IMG/VR virus record: IMGVR_UViG_3300035498_000956
Source: a virus
Taxonomy: Duplodnaviria > Caudoviricetes
Direction: 5' to 3' (one strand)
DNA: 64,000 nt
Numbering within the stretch: position 1 is the first letter of the stretch; every line of letters starts with the position of its first letter. A program made the position numbers and the translations under genes. Positions 18,873 to 29,400 of this stretch are shown here, in pieces. The notes under the pieces are model-generated. The model was not told the DNA's origin. It saw nothing but the letters and a program-made list of their open reading frames with translations, and made no database searches.

Positions 18873-21005
18873 TTATTCATTTTCTATATTAACGTGTTTA
18901 ACCCTATCTAAAACATCATGTGCTCTTCCTCTTGTTAAATGATTAAGTGATGATAAATATCCACATACTCTAAAATTACTTCTTACTCGTTCAATTTCTC
19001 CACATTTAGGACATTGCCAATGAATAGTACTACCATCAACTATCTTTTTAAAATCATATCCACTAAAACCGCAATCAGGATTTTCACATTGAGAAACTTC
19101 GCTATTCATTTCTGCATATAAACAAGTATTACCTATATGTTCGATTATTTCTAATACTACATCTATATTATTAGATAAATTACACAATTCAACATAACTA
19201 ATACTTCCACCAGCAGTTTTATCACTAAATTGAGCTTCTTCAGTTAATTTACTAAAAGCATCAATAGGATGGAATACAGGAATGTGATAACCATTTGTTA
19301 TATAAGTTCTTTGAGTACCGTCTCCAATTTGTCCGAAATCTTTTATACACGCTCTTGCAACCTTATCAGTTAAAGTCTCACTAGGAGTAGAATACAATGC
19401 AATAGAAACATTAATTCTTTCACCCATCTTTTGATTTTCAGTATTAATATAATCTAAAATTTTATGAGCAAGTTCTTTACCTTTTCCTTCCCAGTGATTT
19501 TCTCCTGTAATATAATAAACCATTTCATAAAGTCCAATATATCCAATTGTTGCAGTTGCATATCCTCCATATACTAATTTAGATAGATCTTCTTCTGGTT
19601 GTAATCTTGCTACACCGCCATATTGATAAAGAATAGGGCATACTTTTGCTTTGATTTTGGCTACGTGCTCAACTCTCCAAACTAAATCTCTATATGCAAT
19701 ATTTAAATAATGTTCAAGATTTTTAAACATTATTTCTTCTGAATGGTTTGGATTGTTTTCCATTGCAATATAAGGCAAATTAAGTGTATTAACTCCGCAA
19801 TTAAAGCGTCCCCATGTTACAAAATTACCATCTTCATCTTTGTATGGGCTTAAAAGCGCGCGACAACCCATGCTTGGAGTGCATATGCCTTTTAATTCTA
19901 AATGTTTTTTGACACTCATATAATCAGGTACTAATCTTTTTGCTGTACACTCAGCGCAAAGTTTTGTAACATCATAATATTTCCCTCCACGCATTGTGTC
20001 TTCATCTAAGAAATATAGAATTTTTGGAAAATTAGAATTAATATAATGTCCACTTGCATCTTTAAAACCTTTAATTCTCTGATTTAAAATTTCTTTGAAT
20101 ACTAAAATTAAGTCATCAGTATATTGTGGGTCTTCATTTAAATATACAGAAATGGTTAAAAATACTGCTTGACCAACACTGGAGCATAAAGTTTGACATT
20201 GATATTGTAAAGTTTGACATCCGTCTTTAATTTCATTAAGCAATTCATCATTAACTAATTTTTCAAAAGTTTCATTATCAAGATTATATTTTTTAAATTT
20301 ATTTCTAATTTTTTGCCTACTTACATCCACATATTTTGCTAAATGTAATAAATTAATTGTTGTGCCGCCATAAGTATTTCCACTAACATAAGTAAGTGCT
20401 TGTGTTGCAACTGTACAAGCAGTTCTAAAACTTTTTGGCTGCTCGATCCAAGTAGAATTAATTTCACAACCTTTTAATATTTCCTCTAAATTTAGTAATT
20501 CGCAATTAAAAAGGGGTCGGAAACTATATGCCATATCGTGGAAATATACCACTTTACGATCATGTGCATCTAGACATTCTACTGGTAACGCATTTCTCAT
20601 TGCTTCTGTACTTGGAATTTCTGCAAGATAAGCATTTTTGATATGTGCTAATTCTGCATTTTTATTAGCATTTTCTTGAGCAACATCATCATTCATATAT
20701 AAAACTTTTTCCAATTCAGTTGGATTTTTTGAAATTCTTTCCTTATTCATTTTATAACTAGAATACTCTCTAGCAACATCAGGTAATTTCTTATACAAAA
20801 CTGACATAACGATATTCTCAATTGCACTAACATCAATCACATTGTCTTCCACTTGATTTAAAATCTCGCCTTGAATCTCATTCAAAACCTCATCAACCTT
20901 ATCAAAATCAGGCAAAGTAATTTGATTATATGATTGAATTATAGCTCTTTTAATTCTTTCTTTATTATACTCTTCTACTTTATTTCCCTTTTTTACTTGT
21001 ATCAT
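18873..21005 (-). CDS. nrdD: Anaerobic (class III) ribonucleoside-triphosphate reductase
   Basis: N-terminal ATP cone, SMGCR, GRFNCGVNTLNLP, YITNGYH, zinc CxxC pairs, glycyl-radical motif RVCGYL. Confidence 0.95.
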   Translation of the reverse strand: MIQVKKGNKVEEYNKERIKRAIIQSYNQITLPDFDKVDEVLNEIQGEILNQVEDNVIDVSAIENIVMSVLYKKLPDVAREYSSYKMNKERISKNPTELEKVLYMNDDVAQENANKNAELAHIKNAYLAEIPSTEAMRNALPVECLDAHDRKVVYFHDMAYSFRPLFNCELLNLEEILKGCEINSTWIEQPKSFRTACTVATQALTYVSGNTYGGTTINLLHLAKYVDVSRQKIRNKFKKYNLDNETFEKLVNDELLNEIKDGCQTLQYQCQTLCSSVGQAVFLTISVYLNEDPQYTDDLILVFKEILNQRIKGFKDASGHYINSNFPKILYFLDEDTMRGGKYYDVTKLCAECTAKRLVPDYMSVKKHLELKGICTPSMGCRALLSPYKDEDGNFVTWGRFNCGVNTLNLPYIAMENNPNHSEEIMFKNLEHYLNIAYRDLVWRVEHVAKIKAKVCPILYQYGGVARLQPEEDLSKLVYGGYATATIGYIGLYEMVYYITGENHWEGKGKELAHKILDYINTENQKMGERINVSIALYSTPSETLTDKVARACIKDFGQIGDGTQRTYITNGYHIPVFHPIDAFSKLTEEAQFSDKTAGGSISYVELCNLSNNIDVVLEIIEHIGNTCLYAEMNSEVSQCENPDCGFSGYDFKKIVDGSTIHWQCPKCGEIERVRSNFRVCGYLSSLNHLTRGRAHDVLDRVKHVNIENE

Positions 21006-21089
21006 TTATAATTCCTCCTTTTGATTTGATAATATCATTATATAACATTCTATAAAAAAAGTCAAGAGCAAAATGCTCTTGAACTTTTA

Positions 21090-21467
21090 CTATTCTCTAG
21101 TCTCTAATTGTACTAATTCATCATACAGTTCTTTTGCAAAAGAATTGCCACCATTTTTTTGATAGGCATCATAAAGACTTATTAAATCTTTCTTAACATT
21201 CTTTGGTAAATAACCTTTAGAAATCCATTCATCATAAATCTCTACAATCTCATGACGTAGCGCCGCGAGAGAAGCTTCCTTATTATCTCCCAATTTATTC
21301 TCTAAATTTTTAAATTGATCATTAAAAGATTCCTCATTTAATACTTCTTTAATTATATTTTTAATCCATGTTTTTGGTTTATTTAAAATTAAAGTTGCAC
21401 AAGTAGAAATTGTAATAATACTACCACATACGCCACCGATAATTGATAAAATCTCTATAACTCCCAT
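21090..21467 (-). CDS. Membrane-anchored phage protein (holin-associated type)
   Basis: N-terminal TM segment; LRHEI...LYDAY..NGGNS pattern. Confidence 0.55.
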   Translation of the reverse strand: MGVIEILSIIGGVCGSIITISTCATLILNKPKTWIKNIIKEVLNEESFNDQFKNLENKLGDNKEASLAALRHEIVEIYDEWISKGYLPKNVKKDLISLYDAYQKNGGNSFAKELYDELVQLETRE

Positions 21468-21880
21468 TATTTTATACCTCCTAAATAGTCATTATGATAA
21501 ATTGATCTAACTCTATAAGCTGGGTTATTAAAAATTTGCTCAAAAGTTAAATTTTCTAAATCCCAGTAGGGGATTCTAATAAGAGGTATATTTTTCCTAA
21601 TACAATATCGATTTTTAATTCTATCGTATCCTTTTCTTTTGTTAAAATTCGTAATAGTCTTATGGAAAAATTTAACAAATTGAAAATGAATTTCACTATC
21701 GTACTCAATTAAACAAATTAATTGATTTTGATTATTATACACTCCTATGTCAAAACGTAGAGGTGCGCCGTGACTACCTTTTAAATCACTAAACTCAACT
21801 TCTCTACGGCATTTTATATTATGTCGTTGTAAAATATTTATAATTTTCTGCTCTCCTTTACTTGGTTCATTAATCTTCAT
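21467..21880 (-). CDS. PD-(D/E)XK / DUF559-Vsr-like endonuclease
   Basis: SKGEQKI, LRFDIGV, IEYDSEIHF, DRIKN, LIRIPYW. Confidence 0.75.
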   Translation of the reverse strand: MKINEPSKGEQKIINILQRHNIKCRREVEFSDLKGSHGAPLRFDIGVYNNQNQLICLIEYDSEIHFQFVKFFHKTITNFNKRKGYDRIKNRYCIRKNIPLIRIPYWDLENLTFEQIFNNPAYRVRSIYHNDYLGGIK

Positions 21881-22718
21881 GTTGAATTTGATCTCTTGTT
21901 ATATACTTTTTTCTCTTTTTAGGAGGTGCAGGATATGGTAAAGGAGAATAAGGTGGATTTGATCCACAATCTTGATAATAAGGAACTTGATCAGGTTCGC
22001 AATGGAATGTTGCCAAATGATATAAAAATCCATGATGACCAAGAGGAACACCTTTAGGATAGATCCTAATTAAATCCTCTATACTTTCATTGTATTGTTT
22101 CTTATTCCAATCATAAAAATTACATCTAACTTCAGAAGAGAAGAAAGTGGTATTAATAACATCAGGTTCTTTCTTACAACATTCACAATTAGGCTGCTTT
22201 TCACTTAAATATTTATCACGCCATAAAGCTAAACCGACTTCAATTATTTCAATATCATCAGTTTGAATTTCATATATAGCTTTATAAATTGATTCTATTC
22301 CTTTTGATATAACCCATTTATCAGTACTATAAGTTGCATCAAACATCACACAATAACACTTTTTAAAGCGATAAAGGAAGTGAATTGTGTTTTCGTCCTC
22401 ATATTTAGCTTCTAAAAATTCTCCATCTTGTCCACTTATACTTTTAATTGTATTAGGGAATACTAAAGTTGTATCGTCTAATTGATTATTTAGTATTTCT
22501 CCTTTATAATTAGGGAAAGGACTAGGTGGCTGCATTGCTATTTCAAAGCTTTGAGCGGGATTGCCTAGTACATTTTCAATTAAGTAACAAGTTTTTAAAT
22601 AATCGTCTCTTAGATTGCAAATTTGGAAATGTTTACAAGTGAAACATTGCGGCTTAATTTTAATATGAGTTGGCTGAGGCAAATTACCAGGAATAGGTTT
22701 TAAATTTTTAGGAAACAT
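21870..22718 (-). CDS. Hypothetical Cys/Pro-rich protein
   Basis: 282 aa, CFTCKHFQIC, RBS GAGGTG. Confidence 0.6.
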   Translation of the reverse strand: MFPKNLKPIPGNLPQPTHIKIKPQCFTCKHFQICNLRDDYLKTCYLIENVLGNPAQSFEIAMQPPSPFPNYKGEILNNQLDDTTLVFPNTIKSISGQDGEFLEAKYEDENTIHFLYRFKKCYCVMFDATYSTDKWVISKGIESIYKAIYEIQTDDIEIIEVGLALWRDKYLSEKQPNCECCKKEPDVINTTFFSSEVRCNFYDWNKKQYNESIEDLIRIYPKGVPLGHHGFLYHLATFHCEPDQVPYYQDCGSNPPYSPLPYPAPPKKRKKYITRDQIQHED

Positions 22719-22811
22719 TTTATCACCTCTTATATAAAAAATGAGGAGTTCTGTTTAAAACTCCTCTACCAATATATGTAATTATCAAAGTGAAAAAATC
22801 AATAGGAATAG

Positions 22812-23957
22812 TTAATCCTTCCAAATATCTCGAATGTCACAATCTTGCCAATTTTTGTCATCTCTAAAACGTACCAATCTAGGATGGCGCATAGAAAAGT
22901 TTCCATCAATATGTTCTAGTTCCATACAAGTTGCAACACAACATTTATATTTCCACTCTTCATTATTTTGGACGATTCCTTTCTTAACCTCGTCAGTTAC
23001 GCCGCTAACATAACCAATAGGAATAATTCTATCATTTTCTTTATCATACGCCGCTAATTCAACAGACCCAGCCCATCCATAGAAATAATTTTTAGTTACA
23101 GGGACTATTGGTTTGCCATTCATATAGTCAGTATAATACTTACCTTCTAATTTTTCACCAGTCTTTTCAGAACTCCATAGTTGCCAGTTATCTACATCTT
23201 TTCCTGTGTATAATTTAGTTGCTTCTTTATATCGTCCGCTTAAGAAACAATCTATTCCATCTTCCAATTCTTTTTTAAGTTTAAGTGTTTTCCATGCAGT
23301 TCTTTTGCCGCAAAGATAATGACAATCTTTTTGAGTTATAACAATACCTTCACCGCCAATAGCAATAGTATCAATAAAGAGATTCCACAAATCTTCTCCT
23401 TCTAGATATTCTGCTACTTCAATATAATCATTACTAGAAATTTTTGTTAAATATTGACCAGTTCTAACTTCTATTGGTGTTTCAATCAAAGATTTCCCAT
23501 CATATGCTAATACATCAAAACAATAGAAATGGAGCCTTTTACCTTTCTCTTGACGTTGAAGTGCTTTTTCTAGTAAACAACCTAAAATTGTAGTTACCTT
23601 ACGAGACCCCTCATCATCTTTAAAATAGATTTCACCTAATAATGCAGTACCATTAGGAATCTCTTTTAGTTCATCAATTATATGGGGTATCCAATCTACC
23701 TTATCAGCATAATCTCCATTAACATTAGTATTACGACCTCTCATATAGAAATTTCCGTCCATATCTTTAATAATTAAAGAAAAGACTCCATCCATTTTTC
23801 TCGCGCCGATATAGTCACCACTTAATGTCATATATTTTGCCTTTTCAGTTTTATTTCCTTTATAAGATTTACTAATGCTATAATACTTCATGGCTTCCAT
23901 TTGACCGAAATCAAATCCATCAATCATAATATTCTCACAAATCTTTATATCTGCCAT
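22812..23957 (-). CDS. ATP-dependent DNA ligase
   Basis: Motif I RKMDG, LLGEIY, FDVL, GEGIVI, LKLKK, RHPRLVRFRDDK. Confidence 0.9.
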   Translation of the reverse strand: MADIKICENIMIDGFDFGQMEAMKYYSISKSYKGNKTEKAKYMTLSGDYIGARKMDGVFSLIIKDMDGNFYMRGRNTNVNGDYADKVDWIPHIIDELKEIPNGTALLGEIYFKDDEGSRKVTTILGCLLEKALQRQEKGKRLHFYCFDVLAYDGKSLIETPIEVRTGQYLTKISSNDYIEVAEYLEGEDLWNLFIDTIAIGGEGIVITQKDCHYLCGKRTAWKTLKLKKELEDGIDCFLSGRYKEATKLYTGKDVDNWQLWSSEKTGEKLEGKYYTDYMNGKPIVPVTKNYFYGWAGSVELAAYDKENDRIIPIGYVSGVTDEVKKGIVQNNEEWKYKCCVATCMELEHIDGNFSMRHPRLVRFRDDKNWQDCDIRDIWKD

Positions 23958-24012
23958 ATAAAAATCCTCCTTAAATTTGATAATTCTATTATACCTTACT
24001 TTTCAATAAAAA

Positions 24013-24492
24013 TCAATAGAGAAAAGATTTCTTCGCCGCCACTGCTAATTGGTCAACATATTCATTAAATTTTACTCCTTGATGTCCTTTAACTTTTTGA
24101 AAGGTTATATCATATTCTAGGAAATAATCGTAGATTTGTTTAATCAATTCTAAATTTTTAATCTCGCCGCCTTTCTTTTTCCATCCATTAGCTTTCCATT
24201 TTTTACTCCAAACAGTTATACAATTAATGGAATAAGCACTATCAGAACAGATGCAAAGCGTGTCATTGTCTTGTTTTCTTTCTAAATACATTTTTATTCC
24301 ATTTAATATACCTAATAATTCTTGTTCATTATTAGTAGTTACTTTCATTCCTTCTGATTTTTCACAAATAATTTGATTATCGGCGCTATCAATTAAGATA
24401 GCACCATAACCTCCCGCTCCTTTATGATATTCACCATTACGCTTAACCATCGTTGCCGCGCCATCACAATAACATACATAATGTTTACTCAT
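24013..24492 (-). CDS. rnhA: Ribonuclease HI
   Basis: YCDGA, TTNNEQEL, SDSAYS, KVKGH, NEYVDQLA. Confidence 0.92.
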   Translation of the reverse strand: MSKHYVCYCDGAATMVKRNGEYHKGAGGYGAILIDSADNQIICEKSEGMKVTTNNEQELLGILNGIKMYLERKQDNDTLCICSDSAYSINCITVWSKKWKANGWKKKGGEIKNLELIKQIYDYFLEYDITFQKVKGHQGVKFNEYVDQLAVAAKKSFLY

Positions 24493-24566
24493 AAAATTCT
24501 CCTTTCAAATTCCCTTTTGATTTTTATCATAGACTTATTATCTCATGTTTTAAGGAAAAAGTCAAC

Positions 24567-25076
24567 TTAATTTTTTATATGATTATTATAAAATTCTTTC
24601 GCCGCGAAATATAGATCTTCTTTTGTATGATTATTATCAATGATGTAATCATATGAATAATTTTCTACGTTTTTATCTGCATCGTTATTAAATTTAGTAT
24701 CAGTTTTTCTATCAATAAAAATTGTTTCTGCTTTAAAATCATCAACAAAACGTTGTATTTCTTCAGGTTCTCTACAATGAATAAAAAGAGCTGTTGCATC
24801 TTGAATATATAAATTATGAATCATTTTGGAAATATTTTGATATGGTAAATCATTCCATTCAGTTAATAAATTTTTTAGATTACATAACATTTTTCTACTC
24901 TTTTCATTCTTTTCTCCATTCCAACCTAACATATCCATTGCTAATTGTTTAATATTATCAATAGTAGACATGATGTGAATATCTATTACTCCATCTTGTC
25001 TCGCACAATCTTGAACGTAATAACAAAATGTGTCTTTTCCTGCTGTTGCATATCCATTAATTACAAATATCTTCAT
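24567..25076 (-). CDS. P-loop nucleotide (dNMP) kinase-like protein
   Basis: INGYATAGKDT, CREPEE, YDYIIDN. Confidence 0.7.
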   Translation of the reverse strand: MKIFVINGYATAGKDTFCYYVQDCARQDGVIDIHIMSTIDNIKQLAMDMLGWNGEKNEKSRKMLCNLKNLLTEWNDLPYQNISKMIHNLYIQDATALFIHCREPEEIQRFVDDFKAETIFIDRKTDTKFNNDADKNVENYSYDYIIDNNHTKEDLYFAAKEFYNNHIKN

Positions 25077-25983
25077 ATAGACCTCCTAAGATCTCTCTTT
25101 TTTCCTCTTGATTTGCGAATCCATCAAAAATTATATCATTGGTTAACAAAGATTTCAATTGGTTTTGTGACTCTTCATAATCAAAATTATAAAAATAATT
25201 AAAATCTAATCTAGGGGTATTAATACTATTTTTTATATATGTTCCCATTAATTTTTGATTATCATTAGATATTTCGCCGCAATAAATAGCGACAACATCT
25301 TTTCTATTGATTAAATCAGTTAATTTATGGAAATAATCTTCATCTTTATCTTGGCAGTTTATAATTAGAGTGGAATAATGAATATCATTATTATTAAAAT
25401 TAAAACAATTTCTTTTATAATAATCTAAGAAATCTTCTCTACAACAACGATGTGTTTCTTGTGTCATAGTTAAATCATCTTTAAAATGACATAAGAGAGA
25501 ATTGTTGAAATTATAGTTATTTGATGCATAAAAATACTTTAACATATAGTTCATCATCTTAAGCGTCATGTCTTTAATAGGATAATAATCAGCTATGAAT
25601 TTACTATAAGTTTTCTTTTCATTAAGTACATAACATATAGGATTAAAAGGGGATACAACAAATATATCTTCACGCTTTATAGATTTGTCTTTAATTTTAC
25701 GATAGTGTTTGTTTCTCTTTTTTAAATATTTGTGTGTATGATACGTCTTTCCATATATATATACTTCGTTATTAACGAATGGAGATAAAGTATCTATAAT
25801 ACAGAAAGTTAAAAAGCTCTCAAGATTATCTTGATAATCAAGAACGATCTTTTTATTGAGGGCTTTTGTTTTTATATCATTAATTAAAAGAGTTAATTTA
25901 TAATTACAATATGATGCGTATGGGACTTTTTCCCTTTCATAATCTAAATTTAACGCATATAAATTTTTTAGTGTTTCATCCAC
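25057..25983 (-). CDS. Hypothetical protein
   Basis: Start reassigned to GTG 25983 after GAGGTG; first gene of the leftward arm. Confidence 0.6.
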   Translation of the reverse strand: MDETLKNLYALNLDYEREKVPYASYCNYKLTLLINDIKTKALNKKIVLDYQDNLESFLTFCIIDTLSPFVNNEVYIYGKTYHTHKYLKKRNKHYRKIKDKSIKREDIFVVSPFNPICYVLNEKKTYSKFIADYYPIKDMTLKMMNYMLKYFYASNNYNFNNSLLCHFKDDLTMTQETHRCCREDFLDYYKRNCFNFNNNDIHYSTLIINCQDKDEDYFHKLTDLINRKDVVAIYCGEISNDNQKLMGTYIKNSINTPRLDFNYFYNFDYEESQNQLKSLLTNDIIFDGFANQEEKREILGGLYEDICN

Positions 25984-26005
25984 TATTATCACCTCACTAT
26001 AATAT

Positions 26006-26134
26006 ATTATATAATAGACTAGAGAAAAAGTCAATTGGTATAGAAAATAATACCAATTTTACTAATGATAGTAGTAAAAATTCACTGGTAAAAATTGTAA
26101 TATAATTGACTTTTTTATTATTCTATTATATAAT
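26006..26134. promoter_or_regulatory. Divergent sigmaA promoters with intervening inverted repeats (strand-switch point)
   Basis: Minus TTGACT(26034)-17-TATAAT(26011); plus TTGACT(26106)-17-TATAAT(26129); AATTGGTA..TACCAATT between them. Confidence 0.75.
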
Positions 26135-26161
26135 ATAAATATAGGATGAGGAGATGATAAA

Positions 26162-26452
26162 ATGCTAACATACAGAATGTTTACAGCAAGTTGTGAACCA
26201 AGTGTGAATGTAATTGATTTAATATTTGAACACTTGGAAAAAGACCACAAATTAAAATATCCTTCTCATATTGTGCATTTCATTGGTTTTGAAGCACCAG
26301 TAGGAACTCCATTTACTCTAAATGGAGAAGAGTTTGTAGTTCCTAAATGTGGTCACTTTATAACCCCTTTTGATAAGGATTGTTATGTCAATATTACAGA
26401 ATTATATTTTGATCGTGGTTGTTCAGACCAAAATATTTATTACATCATATAA
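26162..26452 (+). CDS. Hypothetical protein
   Basis: 96 aa, RBS GAGGAG. Confidence 0.6.
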   Translation: MLTYRMFTASCEPSVNVIDLIFEHLEKDHKLKYPSHIVHFIGFEAPVGTPFTLNGEEFVVPKCGHFITPFDKDCYVNITELYFDRGCSDQNIYYII

Positions 26453-26470
26453 TAAAAAGGAGGGATATGA

Positions 26471-29400
26471 ATGTTTCATCCATTTTTAGGATATCATGGT
26501 GGAAGCGGAGACGGAAGTGGAGGATCTGGTACTGATGGCAGAGGGATTGATTCTATTAGTTTTACTTCTAGTACTGGTGGCAGCACTGCAGGAATAGCTG
26601 GTGCGACTGATACTTATACTATTGTTTATACAGATGGTTCTACTAGTACTTTTAAAGTACAAAATGGTGCTGATGGTAAAGTTGGTAGTGACGGTAAAGA
26701 TGGTAAAGACGGTACTAATGGAACTAATGGTATTGACGGTAAAGATGGACAGTCGGCGTATGAAATATGGCGAGACAATCTAGATCCAGATGGTTCTGTA
26801 GATGAATTTTTACTATATATAAAAGGTAAAACTGGCGCGGATGGTCAAGATGGTGAGTCTTTAGATTATACATGGGACGGAACTAAATTAGGCATAAAGA
26901 AAGAAAGTGAAACAACTTACACTTATGTCGATCTACAAGGTCCTCAAGGTGAAAAAGGTGCTGATGGTACTAATGGTAAAGATGGTACTAATGGTGTTGA
27001 CGGCGCGCAAGGTCCAGCTGGTAATGATGGTGAAGATGGTATATCTGTTACTGATGCAAAAATTGATGACAATGGTCATTTAATTGTAACATTATCAAAT
27101 GGTAAGACAATTGATGCGGGTAATGCCAAGGGTGCGGATGGCCTACAGGGAGAAAATGGTGCAGATGGCACCAATGGCTCGGATGGTCAAGATGGTCAAG
27201 ATGGTAAATCGGCGTATAGAATTTGGTTAGATTTAGGTAATACTGGTAGTGAACAAGACTTTATCGATAGTTTAAAGGGAGATAAAGGCGATACTGGTGA
27301 AACTGGAGCTAATGGTCAAGATGGTCAGGACGGTACAAATGGTACTGATGGTGTTGATGGTGTTTCTCTTGATTTTCAATGGGACGGCACTAAGTTAGGT
27401 GTAAAAACATCCGAACAAACTGAGTACTCTTATGTCGATTTAAAAGGCGAAAAGGGAGATCAAGGTGAACAAGGTGTAGCTGGTGAAAATGGTAAAGACG
27501 GAGAAGATGGTGAAGATGGATTCTCTCCAGTAATTGAAGTCTTTAAGCACGTTATGACTTGGACTATTGCTACTAGTGAGACTCCTGGTAATGTAGCATA
27601 TTATAATAATGATACTAGCGTTACTAAATTTGATTTAACTGGTAGAGATAGCGTTGATATTATTTGCTGGTGGTTTGCTAACAGTAATGTTACAGATTCT
27701 ATTGATTTACAAATCGATTTCTATAAAGATGGACAAATAGTTAAAACAGATACAGTAGATGCTGTTACTAGTCGTCAACTTGAATATGAGACTACTGATT
27801 ATGATTATTTAACTATTACATCACCTAATAATATTAATGCAACTGGTCAAATTGTTTATAACGATGAGACTCAGGATGCTGGATATTTCTTAAAAATTAC
27901 TTATAAAGAAAACGATATTTTCCAAACAATAGTAACTGAGAATTTAAAAGGTTCAGATGGTGTTGATGGAGAAGCTGGCGCGACAGGTACAGATGGTATT
28001 TCTGTTACGGACGCAGAAGTAGATGAAAATGGCGATTTGATTATCACATTAAGCACTGGCGATAAAATCAATGCTGGTCACGTTAAAGGCGAAGATGGTA
28101 TTGATGGTGAAGCTGGTGGCGCGAAAGGTGATAAAGGTGACGATGGACGTGGTATAAAATCTGTTTCTGTTGATGAGGATGGTAATATTTATGTTACTTA
28201 TACTGATGAAACTACCGAATATGTTGGTAAAATTGAATTTACTGGTATAAAAGGTGACCAAGGTGAAAAGGGAGACACTGGTGAAAAAGGTGAACAGGGT
28301 GCTGATGGTCGTGGTATAGCATCAACTAGCATTGATGAAGATGGTAATCTATCTGTTACTTATACTGATAATGAAACTGAAGTCGTTGGTAATATAAAAG
28401 GACCAAAAGGTGACACTGGCTCAGCGGGCCAAAATGGTGTTGATGGAGATGACGGTATTTCTATCACTAATGCTGAAGTTAATAGTGATGGCGATCTAAT
28501 TGTTACATTAAGCAATAATACTACTATTAACGCTGGCAATGTTATGGGTGACGATGGAGACGATGGTCGTGGAATTAAATCTGTTGCTATTGATCTCACA
28601 GGTAATTTAACTGTATATTATACTGATGATACTGAGGAATCAGTAGGTAATGTTAAAGGACCTCAAGGCGAGAAAGGTGAGAAAGGCGACACTGGTGAAC
28701 AGGGCGAACAAGGTCTTCAAGGTGAAAAGGGTGATACTGGTGAACAGGGTATCCAAGGTGAGCAAGGTATTCAAGGCGAACAGGGTATCCAAGGTGAAAA
28801 AGGAGATAAAGGTGAAGATGGCATATCTATTACTGATGCTTCTATTACTGATGAGGGCACATTAAAACTCGAATTTAGTGATGGTAGTTCTAAAGATGTA
28901 GGTAAAGTTGTCGGAGCTGACGGTCAAGATGGTACTAATGGTACTGATGGAACAAATGGTACTGATGGTAAAGATGGCGTATCTCCAACTATTACAGAAA
29001 ATCCTGATAATACTTCTAAAGTTTATAAATTAAATATTACAAATGCCGATGGCACTGTTATTATAACTCCAAACCTAAAGGGCGCTGATGGTGATGGTAC
29101 TGGTGATAATACTAGTACAATTTTAATTGATAATTTTACAATTAAGAAAACTTCAGAAGATGAAGACGGAGTAATTTATGGCGCGGGTGCTGATATTACA
29201 GGAACAACTTATACTATTGATAATGATTATAATATTAGCTTACTAGACGATGCAGCGGAAATTAGTGATACTACTTCAACAACTCAAGCTGGTACTGGTG
29301 CGGAAATATTTAATGTTAGTAGACAAAATTTTGGTGATACTAACACTAACTATGCTGTTGGTAATTATTCTCATGCAGAAGGTACTGGTACTACAGCAGT

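Noticed and set aside
18873-21005. Intein or intron in nrdD
   Set aside because: Length and motif spacing are normal, with no splice motifs or inserts.
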